A DNA stretch of 63,408 nt, the filler included, from Bigelowiella natans CCMP2755 (taxonomy: Eukaryota; Protista; Cercozoa): NCBI GenBank assembly GCA_000320545.1. It is 5 parts of 5 records of this genome, joined end to end, with 100 filler letters (N's around TTAATTAATTAA, not from the genome) between each part and the next. Parts side by side here need not be neighbours in the genome. Positions count along the whole stretch, not along the records: positions 43,287 to 52,165 come from ADNK01001410.1; positions 52,266 to 56,566 come from ADNK01003014.1; positions 56,667 to 63,408 come from ADNK01003205.1; 2 more parts are not named here. One strand, given 5' to 3'. A program made the translations under genes and the position numbers. Of this stretch, positions 51,871 through 63,408 are shown piece by piece; within the stretch, counting starts at the first letter, position 1; every line of letters starts with the position of its first letter. A model generated the notes under the pieces. The model did not search any database, was not told the DNA's origin, and saw nothing but the letters and a program-made list of their open reading frames with translations.

Positions 51871-52165
51871 CTACAGGGGGGGGGATTGGGGTAAAGGAAG
51901 GCGGGAAGCAAGGAATGAATGGTGGATACAGCAGTAAGAGAAAACAGCGCTATGTGGACGATGTTATCGTCGTCGTCGTTGTTGTCGATGATGGTGGTGA
52001 TGATGGTGATGATGAAATCCTTGCTTCTCTTGCGATGTTGGGTCAGGATGAAACACTGATGATATAATACGCAAAGAAGGCTGGGAAGCGACCAGACGTC
52101 ACTGCATCTTTGAGTGAATAGATGACAGCAGCACAGCAGCAGACACCACTCATCACCTTGGAACC

Positions 52166-52265
52166 NNNNNNNNNNNNNNNNNNNNNNNNNNNNNNNNNNN
52201 NNNNNNNNNTTAATTAATTAANNNNNNNNNNNNNNNNNNNNNNNNNNNNNNNNNNNNNNNNNNNN
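52166..52265. other. Assembly gap with linker
   Basis: N-run with central TTAATTAATTAA. Confidence 0.97.
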
Positions 52266-52856
52266 GTAGTAGTAGTAGTAGTAGTAGCACGCTCCAAAGC
52301 TGTTTTGTAAATCACGTTGGTTTCATGATCAGCAGCATCATTAATCATCAGCATCAGCATCAGCATCATCCTTGTCTTGTTCTTCTTCCTCCTCCTCCCC
52401 CTCCTCCTTCCCTCCCTGTGCTTCAGGCTTCTTGAAATCCATACGCACCATACGATTGAAATCAATGCGGTGCTGTTTTTCTCTTCTCGTACCATTTAGT
52501 AGTAATAGTAGTAGCAGGGAGTTCTTAGGAGTTCATCATATGCAGTAATAAATAGCTTGTAGAGAGAGAGATCCTTGTGATACTATCTTGATGGTAAAAA
52601 TGATGCTTCACATGACCAGTGGAAGGGAAAATACCATTATAATGAGAATAAGCCTGAATCACTCGTTTCTCGTTATTGTTATTGTTGTTGTTGTTGTTGT
52701 TGTTATCTGGTACTACCTACTACTGACGAACAGGCAGCAGCTAGGACATTGTGCCGGCCTGGAGGACTTGTACATCATGCAAGTGCCCTAACGGCTACCA
52801 GTCTCATCACCGCTCTACACTACGGTACTACTAGTACTACGAGTAGTACAAGTACC

Positions 52857-52891
<35 letters not shown>

Positions 52892-52951
52892 GCAGCATTG
52901 AAAGGACAACACACCATTTCATCATTTTTACCATTATCATTGATATCATTT

Positions 52952-52986
<35 letters not shown>

Positions 52987-53012
52987 CATCGTCGTCATCA
53001 TAACATGAAACA

Positions 53013-54702
53013 GGCGTTGAAAACAATAGATGGGATGGATTAGGCACTATTAAGCATGTCGAAAGGTGCTACTACTGCTACCGCGCGCGCAGCTGCTGAA
53101 TTAACGTCGTGGCAAGTGTTTGTTTCTAACCACTTCAACTATTATACTCCTCTCCTCTATAAGTATGTTCAAAGGTGGAATGACCCCAGAGGAGTGGCCA
53201 TTTGGGAGAGATTACCTAGATTTCTTCAATATTGTAATGAAGGTGACAGCTCTTACTTGTTCAATGTTGTCCGCCTCTTCTTCGCTGCAAGAAAGTAGAT
53301 AGTGGTGGTATATGTTATTCACCATCAATTATTATGAACTACCGCTTAAAATCCCATCTCATTGGGAGAAATGCAATATAAAGTTACATCCTGCTGCTAC
53401 TTACTTGCAAGATCACGACGACCAAAAGTTTTTAATAGAATTCGTGTTTGGTCCACCCATTCTTTCTCTCTTCTGCAGTTTTCAAAGAGCTTTCTGTCTG
53501 TATGGTACAAGAACGACAACGATCTCATGGACGACAAGGTGATAGAAAAGAGAGAGGGAGGGGGGGGGGGGGGGAGTCATACGGTAGGTATAACAAACAC
53601 TTATTATCGTTTTTGCTGCTGCTGCTGCTGGTTACATATCTCAGGAAATGGTGGATTTCCATGACAAACTGCATGGGGTTAAGGACTCGCATCTGCCTTA
53701 TCTGCACGTAATCAATAATCAACGAAACATCCATGATAGGATCACATGATGATCATCATCAGAAACAACAAAAGCAGCAGAAAGACAGCATTAGTTGTTT
53801 TGATTTGATTTTCAAAACAGCATGCTGCTACTATTGTTTTTAGCACTTGGTCATCCATCCATCATCATTTCGTCGTCGCCGCCATAAACGTGCATAATCA
53901 ATATCAATATAATTACTATCTAATCAGTCGAGTGCAAAGCCAATGAAGTTGTTTGCTACTACTCTGGCAGCTGCAATCGTGGGGGGTAGTAAGTAGTAGT
54001 TATAGTAGTAGTACTAGTAGTTGAAGTAGTGGCAGCAGGGTAGTCAGCAGCTGTGGCCCCTATGCTATAGTTATATCATCGTTATTGTCATTAATACTAC
54101 TATCTTTTCGATCACAATGTTGTTGTTACTTCATACGTTTTCCCTGCATATTCTTCTTCTTCATATGTTCCTCTCTGTCTTCTTATTGTTGTTGTTGTTG
54201 TTGTTGCACTGCTATGTATGCATCGTCATCTGGAAGTTACCGGTTTTCACAACCACATCGGTACTAACTACCACATTAATTTGATTACTACACACATTCT
54301 GAGATTCATTCATTCCTACGAATACACGTTCCAATAAAGCGAAACATCTCATGCTCACGCTGCCATAAACCCATAATAGATGACTAACAATTTCAAATAT
54401 TGAGATTTCTGTTTGCCAAAGGCATGTTTCATCACCATCACCCATCAACATATCCCCAGCAGCATCCATCACATCTTAACCTCCTCTCTTGTCATAATCT
54501 ACATCATCAGGTATGGTAGCCGAGTACTTGAAGGTACTATTTCTACCTTATCACATGGCTGCTGCTACTGCTGCTGCTGTCATCATCAGAATTGTTCATT
54601 TATTATTTTCTATTAACTACCACCCTGCTGCAGGATCCAACCTTTATGGCAGCTAAGATTCGTGCTGGGGAGACGTACGCGGTTACTAAAATAACAACTA
54701 CA

Positions 54703-54734
<32 letters not shown>

Positions 54735-54960
54735 GACTACTTTACGCTCACATATAAAAATAACTAGCGATATTCATTCTACATACACGCATTTTCCAAA
54801 TAGTAGCAAATAATTCATGCGGATGATATTGTGACGATGTCAACGGTTGGCAACAGCAGGATGGAAGTAGAACTTCATTACTGTGTTCCTTCATATTTTG
54901 GTGATATTGAATTGACATTTGAATGCTGGTCTATGTGATCTTTTCCCGGCACTACTACTG

Positions 54961-54991
<31 letters not shown>

Positions 54992-55631
54992 CCCTCCTCC
55001 CTCCTTCTAAAGGATATTCAGTCTTCTTTCCAGTGTATGAACATTGCTATGCTTACTGGCTTCAAAGCACCGATGTTGATGGGAGATTACTCCCACATGT
55101 TGGAGGGTGTTGAGAAGGTTTGTAATCATTTATTGTTGGTATTATTTCCACTTTCTAATATTTGGAGAGGGGGGAGGAGGAGGGCGAGCAGCATGTATCA
55201 ACCATTCGTCTACTATACATCTTGGCGTATGTATTCCGAGGACAAACCGATGGTGGTAGCATGATGATACAATACAATTCTATCAACAGGAGGAAGAGGC
55301 AAAGCAGGTTTTTGCTGCCTTCCAAGAGGATCTCAAGGATTTCGCGAAAGAAGTACCAGCTAACGGCGTACCAAAGCGACTTTTTATTTTTGCTACATAC
55401 TAACAATGATACATCTTTTTCGATCTGTTTGCAACCTGAGGATAATTACTTTGTGAGGGGTGGCGGGGGGTAGAGTTAGGGTTAGGGTCACTCGTACAAT
55501 CTTAACATTATTCCAAGCAAATGGTGTAATACTTGGTGCTAATTTATCAGATCAAGAGCCGAAATGAGAAGCGTAAGTTTCCCTGCAACGCATTTAATCC
55601 AGAACGCATTCTTTCCAGCGTGAGCATCTAG
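53013..55631 (+). CDS. Lipoxygenase-domain protein, 3' part
   Basis: WPFGRDYLDFFNIVMK|FSKSFLSVWYKNDNDLMDDK|EM, VTGFHNHI|GMVAEYLK|DPTFMAAKIR, FAAFQEDLKDFAKE|IKSRNEKRKFPCNAFNPERILSSVSI-stop; the C-terminal Ile is the LOX signature. Confidence 0.85.
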
Positions 55632-56400
55632 TCAACGTACCTCAACATTGCCGTTCCTTCAGTCTAGCAGTGCATGAAAATGCAGATGTACATGTAAGAA
55701 TACATGCTAGCATGCGGCTTTGAAGAGAATTCAATCTGGCAATGTGTTATACATGTTCACAGATGACGCAATAGCTAGATAGCACATGGTGTCAGCAGAT
55801 TGTAGAAGTGCTACATGCTAGCATGCGTGTGCCCCGTTGCCGAGTTGCATCGCGAGATCTAGCAGAGATCGGTGCGCACGTGGTCCACATGCATCTCTAG
55901 ATCAGCACTAACATTCTCTTGCTCTCTAGCCCTGCACGTTGCACATCTAATAACTTGCGCGGGGCGCAGCAAGGTCTAGCTAGAGGTGGCACGATGTGAG
56001 CAATAACATTTGAAAGCCACGCAACACTAGAACAATCTAGCAATGTGTCTACGCAATGAGCCCGCAATGCTAGCAATGGCGAGGTGTAGCTGCTAGCTAT
56101 ATTAGAGGCACGTGCGGCATGTACAACGCAATGAATGTCAATGATCACACTGCATCACGTTCCTTCCGGCTCACATGCATGCATAGCTAGATTAGGCTTT
56201 GCGTGTGCAAGCGATCTAGCTAGGCCCGCGCTGCATGAGCTAGATGAGCCCCTGCGCGTAGCTTCATATTTTTTGTTTCACATCAACAGATTCATTCAAC
56301 ATTAGCGCTGTAGCCGCTGCATTGCACAGCTACATTAGGATGACCATTGAACAAATTTAATTTGATTGATTGCATCCGTCTTACGCTGCACACACTCTAG
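55632..56400. other. TpA-poor, CTAG-rich island G downstream of the lipoxygenase
   Basis: Many CTAG/CATG/TGCA words; includes the repeat copy at 56304-56382. Confidence 0.7.
56304..56382 (+). repeat. Copy of dispersed ~85-bp repeat
   Basis: agcgctgtagccgctgcattgcacagctacattaggatgaccattgaacaaatttaa...tgcatccgtctt. Confidence 0.8.
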
Positions 56401-56566
56401 CTTGTCACACGCCCATTATCATTCTTTCTGATCGGGTAAAACACTCCATTTCGCTGTCGGGTCCGACCGTATCAGCGTAAGTGGGCGCCAATCTGTTCTA
56501 TTATGACCTAATGAAAAGAACATATTTGAGTATAATTAAGAAAGATTTAAATCAATTTATTACATC

Positions 56567-56666
56567 NNNNNNNNNNNNNNNNNNNNNNNNNNNNNNNNNN
56601 NNNNNNNNNNTTAATTAATTAANNNNNNNNNNNNNNNNNNNNNNNNNNNNNNNNNNNNNNNNNNNN
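56567..56666. other. Assembly gap with linker
   Basis: N-run with central TTAATTAATTAA. Confidence 0.97.
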
Positions 56667-57265
56667 CTTCTCCCTCGCTGCTCTGTGACCTGTATCACGT
56701 GTGATGCACCGCAAATCGATGAACAATGCACAAGTCGCGACACTACTGTATACAGCGCACGAAAGGACTTCCGTATTCCCCATATGGACATAGGCGTCTC
56801 AAAAAAACGTCTTAGGAGTCCGCTGAGAGGCGAGGCAATTTACTCTATTTCTAGGAAAAATGCCGCATGTTGTCCTCCAAAAGGAAGTCGAAAATCGGTT
56901 GAATGAAAGAACGTTTATGGGGGGGGGGGGTGGGCTGTAGTTTGGAAGGGGCGATATTCCTTTGCGGTATTATTCTGAACAGCTCTCCGCTACCTCTTGT
57001 GCTTCTCGTCTCACTAAAGCTAAATGAATCCGACCTGATTGTTAGACAGCATGAGGGGGGGGGTCAGGAAAAACGACGACGAGAGAACATGATACTCGCT
57101 TGGAATACTTTTCACTGCGCTTCATCCACGATACCCCTCCCCTCCCTTGCAAGCGATAGCATATGTTGTGTTGTTATGGTGAAAGGTGTTGGCAAGCATT
57201 ACTCCTGAGATCTTGCTGAAAACAACGCAGAGGCCACAGCTCTCAGATTGCTCGCTGCTGCCTGT

Positions 57266-57354
<89 letters not shown>

Positions 57355-57459
57355 ATATTTTTTCCCCTTGAAGGTATATATCACCTACGCGCGTGTGTTT
57401 GACGACCACCTCCACGTAATAAATACTAAGATTGCAAAGGGTGTGTATGCATGCATGCA

Positions 57460-58146
57460 CTAGTCGACCTCCATCGGAGATTTACGCTCCTTTTTCCTCC
57501 ACTTTGAGTTGGGTTTTGGTGTAGAGATCGAGTCTATTGCTTCTGCCGGAGTGAATAGTTCCTGGGGGGGATTATCGATCGGAAGGATTGAGCGGGGGGG
57601 GGGGGGGGGGGGTTGGTCAGTCATGGTAGTCGGCAATCAAGGGCTTGCAATAATCACAATATTCCCCCCCCGCTGGGTGGAGAGAAATGATCAAGAGAAC
57701 GAAAACGCGACTGCAAATCAACTGCTATGTGGATGCAGTAGGCCGCTGCGAGTAAACACCTGTCTAGTAAGCTCTTGCTGATATCGAGTAAGTTCCGTTC
57801 GAAGCAACAGCAGCTCATTCTTGGAATTTCGTGTCCTTTTCTTGTAGTCAAGCAGCATCTTTCGCAGCCTGGCCATGGAAAACATAGACGTCATGAGTGC
57901 TCAGCTGTGATAATCGTGCGATGTAGTGAGGTATATTCATTTATGCGACGAAGTAGGCGGCAAGACAAATCATGTGCAATTTGCGTGCGCACCGATCACT
58001 GGTAATCTTCCTCCTGGCTCGAGCCTTTCTCCTGTGGGAGGGATAAGGTAAAACAAGGAGGTATTCAATTTCATAACGCTGCAGAGTATAAGCAGGGACA
58101 GTACGTACCTCCTTGCGGTATCCGGTATCTGTATTTTCAAATCCAT
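57460..58146 (-). CDS. Hypothetical small basic/coiled-coil protein
   Basis: Spliceable pieces MDLKIQIPDTAR, RKARARRKITSD, LRKMLLDYKKRTRNSKNELLLLRTELTRYQQELTRQ and EAIDSISTPKPNSKWRKKERKSPMEVD-stop. Confidence 0.4.
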
Positions 58147-59008
58147 CTTGCCCTGTGTCTAGATACTAAAGAAAGATTGTAGATTGCAGCTCTCCAGAAG
58201 CACTGCCTAGCGCAAATGCAGCCCCCTGATCAGTAACATAGCTATGTAAGGCCGGTTTGGAAGATGCAGAACTTTCTCTGAATAGCATACCCCCTGGAAA
58301 ATATACACCGTAGAAGGCGATCTTGCTGGATTAGGGTTGGAGCTCTGCTCAGCGAAGCATCAGCTTGCAGTTTTCTTGGGTTGGGGCAAAATATTCAGAC
58401 ATATAATATGCGCCTTATTACAGATATTAGACTAAAATATAGTGCAAATTTACACGACGACATGACATAGTTCGAATCGGGGAAAATCGGGCCACCTATT
58501 ACAACAAGGTGCGACATCAGAAGAGTGATGCGTTTTCCCAAAAAGTGCATGATTTTCCTACTTTTCGATATTCGAGCATGGTTTCTGTTCGGAGTGCACG
58601 GTAAATATCTTCTGCGACAACAAATATGCGCAGTCGTTAGCCGCCAAAAAGCAATTGTCGAAATCGCGTGTCTTCGACATCGAATGGCGTTATTTGCCGT
58701 TTCCAGCAAAACAGCTTGTTAATAGCGACCCAGAGCTGCTCTCGAGGCGTTCATAGCACTGTCTGCACAAAACTACTAGATCTATTCGCTTCGTCCTCCG
58801 GCCTTCTAATGGCGGCAGTAGGCGCAATAGGGTGCTAGATCGGAGTGCGCTAACAGCGAAGAGCTGCGTGTATACACCGAGGGGCAAGGCAGGGCCTTGT
58901 AACGAAGCGGGGTAATTCCACAAAAGCACAACTTTTTGATAATGACATCGAAATGAGTACGCCTTGACAACCAACCTTTGGAATTGAATTGGTCTTTATC
59001 ATCATCAG

Positions 59009-59466
59009 ATGGATTCCAATCCTTCGCGAAATCTCCCTCCATTGGAACAGCTACACTGGTTATTCATATTCGCCATCAATACCTTCCGTTTTCCGCTCCT
59101 CCCCGCCCCCACCCCCCTTTTTACTGAATTCTCTCGATTTTCATGGCCGGTGCTTTGCTGTCGCGTGGGGCTGTTTGATTTACAGGGAGCGGCAGAAGAA
59201 ATCTTGGCAAAGTGAGGTTGAGAAGCACGAGAAACTAAACAAGCCAGGGGGCTCTCGGCAACATGCCTCCAACGCGACGACTCGGTTTACGAAAAAGCAA
59301 ATGCTCACATCTCGGACAAAAGAGATCATACGGATGCGAAAGGTAGAGGCAGTGCATGCGACGTCAATTCCAGTGTGCCTTTGTTGTATTATGATGTCGC
59401 CCTGCTGGTGTCTTATGAAGCAGCATTGTCAGTAATTTATGAAAGCGAAACCCACATATACTACAC

Positions 59467-59516
<50 letters not shown>

Positions 59517-60411
59517 ATGTTAGGCAAACAAGCGGCGTGCAGCCAACTATGCTGACGACAGAGACCGGTAGGAAATAGCTCGTAATGAGAGTGCCAAAAG
59601 AACCGTTTTTTGAGCGGACATCATCAAACTATTCTTCGCAAGATCAGCAAAGCTTACTCGCTTTTTTTCCTCATGAATGCATCCTAACATATACGATTCC
59701 CTTCGGCGTGTTTGCCTGCAGTGATCATCACTGCCATAATGCTCGTCAAAGCCGTTATCATCCTCGCCATTATTTCTCACGTTTCAGGGAAACCCTCGAG
59801 ATGGAGCTCGTGACGGCAAAAAAGGAGTACGTAGAGGCGTTCCGAAGACGCATTGCGCTGAAGAAAGAGGTAAACATACCGCTAGACGCTTGCTGCCCTG
59901 GCACGAACATATGTATGAGAGTTATCTCAAAAATACCTCAATCCGTAGATCGAGAAGGCGAAGGCGGAGCTCAAGACGCAAGATGGGGCCGCTCAAAAAC
60001 TCATAAACCACATCGTACGGCACATACCCTTCACTTAGCAGCGGACATCATGAGGGAGGAAAGAAAACAAACGAAGAGAGAGACGGTGTTTTTGAATTGT
60101 ACGGATAAGAGGACGGGGATTGTCGTAGATCTTTTGCTCGGAAAACAACACGACGTGGCTGTTTGGCGAGCATGTTTAAAAGTCAGCGATTTGGTGAATA
60201 CACCTCTTCTAGATTCGGTCGTCAGGAGATCCCTCCGGTCGGTTGGAGCAATTACGTCTGCAAAAGATACTGCAAGTAACATATTCGCTATTGAAGAAGA
60301 AGAAGAAATAACGGGGCAATATGCATTCTCCGACAACACACTCTTTCAGGGAATCTATTAAATTCTCGTTTACTTTTCGATGTACCCAGAAGCGTGTTTG
60401 TACTCACTTGG

Positions 60412-60454
<43 letters not shown>

Positions 60455-60683
60455 AGAGAGAGAGAGAGAAAGAGAAGCAAAAATTAAATCAGTGTCACTT
60501 CTTTTTACCTCCTAGGTTTCTTTGTTTGCGGAAGAAGCAAAAGCTCTAAAAGCACTAGAAAAGGAACGCCGTCTCCTCGCTGAAGTAAGTAGGAAGAGTG
60601 CGTATAGAAACACGCAAAACAAACAGCTAGCACAGAGAAAATAGTTATGAGTGCAATATATAAGTAACAATATATTAATATCA

Positions 60684-60717
<34 letters not shown>

Positions 60718-61313
60718 TATCTTGCCTTACGGTTTGTGTTTCCTGTGTCTACTCACCAGGCCAAAACAGCTACAAAGAAGGGCATGAAGGCCGCGGGGGC
60801 AAAGATACTGAAGTAAGTTTCAAACGCATATCACTAGAGCAAGCAGATACTAGTATAAAACACACACACACACACACGCGCGCGCGCGGCTACGGCTCAA
60901 GACTAACAAGACTCTCCTTCTTCTCTCGTTATCAGATTAAGTATCAGGGACTATAACCGAATGCATCGTTTCGTACGTGACAACCTCGCTTGTACTCACG
61001 GTCAATAATACCTGATAACAAAGACAGTTTGCAGACGCGTAGATGAAATCGTGCATGCTAGCCGATGTTTAAGATGTTACGAAGTTCCTCGATGCTGCTG
61101 CTCACGTGCTTTGCCGGCGTTGAAAACGATAAATATGACTCACTCCTCACCATCTCCTTGCAGAAGGAGCAAAGATCGTCTTCGCAGGTCTCGAAGCTCA
61201 AATAGCAGAGATAAATAAACGATCAGCGGTAACTTGCAAATGCCGCAAATAGAGCACATTCTCGATGAGAGCTCGTTCCTTCTGTCTTAAATCTATGTAG
61301 AATAAGAAGCATG

Positions 61314-61353
<40 letters not shown>

Positions 61354-61554
61354 CTGGGTTAAGACCAAAAAACATACCAAAGTCTACCGCAATACTTCAC
61401 ACAACTAATCTCTGATCTGCGGGGAGGCACTTGCCGAGTAGATACAACAGAGATTAAAAATATTGTATTAGTATTTATTACTTCAAATACAAATATTGAA
61501 TATAAATTATATCGAATTTACGTACACAGGCACACACACATACACACACACAAG

Positions 61555-61599
<45 letters not shown>

Positions 61600-61794
61600 A
61601 CACATATATTTATATTATACAAGAATCTGAATCAAGAGAAGATGGAAGCCATGAGCTTTCTCAATGACTTAAATTCCTCTGTTAAGGTCATAGACCATGT
61701 GCCCTAATCCTTTCATTTTTTCTGAATTTGCGTGATACGCATCGAAGGAAGCACACTTCTTTACGTATTTAGTTGTAAGAAATCCAATTTCAAC

Positions 61795-61827
<33 letters not shown>

Positions 61828-61834
61828 TGCGTGT

Positions 61835-61872
<38 letters not shown>

Positions 61873-62928
61873 ACCTCTCAGAAGCTTAAAGGAATTGAAG
61901 AGGCCAAAATGCGCCGAAAGTATCTAAAGAATGAGATTAATCTCCGGCGAGGTCTTCTTCTTAACACACTAAAAGCGGGAAAGGGAAGGGGGAGGGGAGG
62001 GGGCGGGGAGTCCCTGTCTATAAATGACACTGAAAGACTGATTGATGTTTCTCTTAGGTATTGAGAAGGTCAGGGCCGATATAGCCGCGGAGCAGGTGGT
62101 ATCTTGTCCAACGAGAAGAAATGAATAGCAATATAACAAGAAGAAGAAGAAGAAGAAGAAGAAGAGGCCATACCAAAGCATTCACACCGATGTTATTCCG
62201 AATGCGAATTCCCAGTATAGCCAGGGAGGTCAACGGTCGGAGCTGTTAAAGGAGTTCTGTGGGTTGAAGGCTGAAAGCATTAATCTGCGGCGTACGCACG
62301 AGCAAGCAAGGTGTTTTGGTCGGCGTATTTAAAGTGATTTTCCCTAGCCGGTGATGAGAGAGATATCCACTTGATGTATTCTTCTTCTTCTTCGTGTATA
62401 TGCGTCGTGGCAATGATCGCTTGCTCACGGCACACGCGCTCAGAGTTGCGAACGAGGAGACGGTCGCCGTTCTTCGGAAGAAAAAGAGGCAAATGGACAT
62501 GCAAATCGCTTCATATAGGGAAAGCGCCAGGCGGCTTTTGAAGACTATTGCTGACTTGGGTGAGAGGAGTGGCTTATGTTTTCGCATCTTGTCTTTCGAG
62601 GTGTTTCCGTCGTGTTTTTCACCCCCCTCACGGTTTCTTCTGCCCTGCAAAGACGATGGAGAGTACCTATGGTTATTATGCGCACCTCCTCCCATTGCCA
62701 ACACGTTTCCAAATGATGATTTGAAATAGGTGGCACTCCTGATGGGAAGCTGCTCTCCCCGAGAGGTGCGAAAGCTTTACTGCACAACGCGCACGCCCTT
62801 CATCTTCCACAGCTGATAGTACCGAAGCTGATGGAGTTCTTTCACCGTTTCGATAATATACATCACGCACTTTCATACACATGCATAATACAAACACACA
62901 GATTACATATACAATATAATTATATATG

Positions 62929-62967
<39 letters not shown>

Positions 62968-63318
62968 TTTTACCGATCAGGAACCGGCAACTCTATTACT
63001 GCAGAGGTCGGTATCTCTACATCCACATTTATAGTAATGACGCTAAATTCACACTCTGTTGTTTTTCCGATTGATAGCAGAAGAAGGCACCAAAGGCCCT
63101 CAACAAGCCTATGGTACGATGGCCAACCTTTCTCGTATTCTCTTGATTCTCTGTGCCACTATCACTCTCACGTGCGATTTGGTAAATTCGCTACATATAT
63201 TCAGATTCTGACGGCCAAGGATAAGAGGGAAATACAGCGTTTGAACGGAGAGATCGAAGGTCTCCGAAAACGGCGCAGCTTGCTTGGACTAGCAGTTGAC
63301 TTACACCAAGAATGCCAG
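59009..63318 (+). CDS. Hypothetical long coiled-coil protein, continues past the window end
   Basis: MDSNPSRNLPPLEQLHW|ERQKKSWQSEVEKHEKLN (intron 59059-59185), ETLEMELVTAKKEYVEAFRRRIALKKE, KLKGIEEAKMRRKYLKNEINLRR, VAVLRKKKRQMDMQIASYRE, IREIQRLNGEIEGLRKRR. Confidence 0.55.
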
Positions 63319-63408
63319 GTTTGCTTTCATCATGGATATTTCATGTATTTGGACGATCTTTTTCTTTTTCTCTCTCTCTCCCTCTCTCTCTCTCTCCCTC
63401 TCTCTCTC

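Noticed and set aside
55476-55487. TTAGGG x2 telomere-like repeat
   Set aside because: Only two units, inside a lipoxygenase intron.
58690-59042. Minus-strand ORFs overlapping the start of the coiled-coil gene
   Set aside because: No recognisable motif, and the plus-strand spliced model explains the region better.

Overview
Gene-dense, intron-rich eukaryotic (protist-like) nuclear DNA with microsatellite-filled introns and four 100-nt scaffold gaps carrying an artificial TTAATTAATTAA linker. Recognisable genes: GH47 alpha-1,2-mannosidase, an F-box-like protein, a YbaK/ProX deacylase, a >2000-aa PHTF-like 7TM protein with an EF-hand, a membrane-anchored U-box protein, NAPRT, CASP/Coy1 golgin, a macro-fold-like protein, RPC9, DASH subunit Dad2, V-ATPase subunit a, an ankyrin gene built from tandem exon+intron units, farnesyltransferase beta, a lipoxygenase and coiled-coil genes. 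The main unexplained signal is a set of ~0.5-1.2 kb intergenic islands almost devoid of TpA while CpG is retained. Surviving TpA is mostly in CTAG, copies of local repeats differ by TA versus TG/CA, and a TPR remnant has Cys/His at consensus Tyr positions. This points to a context-specific, locus-targeted TpA->TpG/CpA hypermutation process running opposite to fungal RIP (inference). The second signal is an array of 99-nt ankyrin exons that vary mainly at binding-surface positions. All counts and exon boundaries were read by eye; no searches were run.
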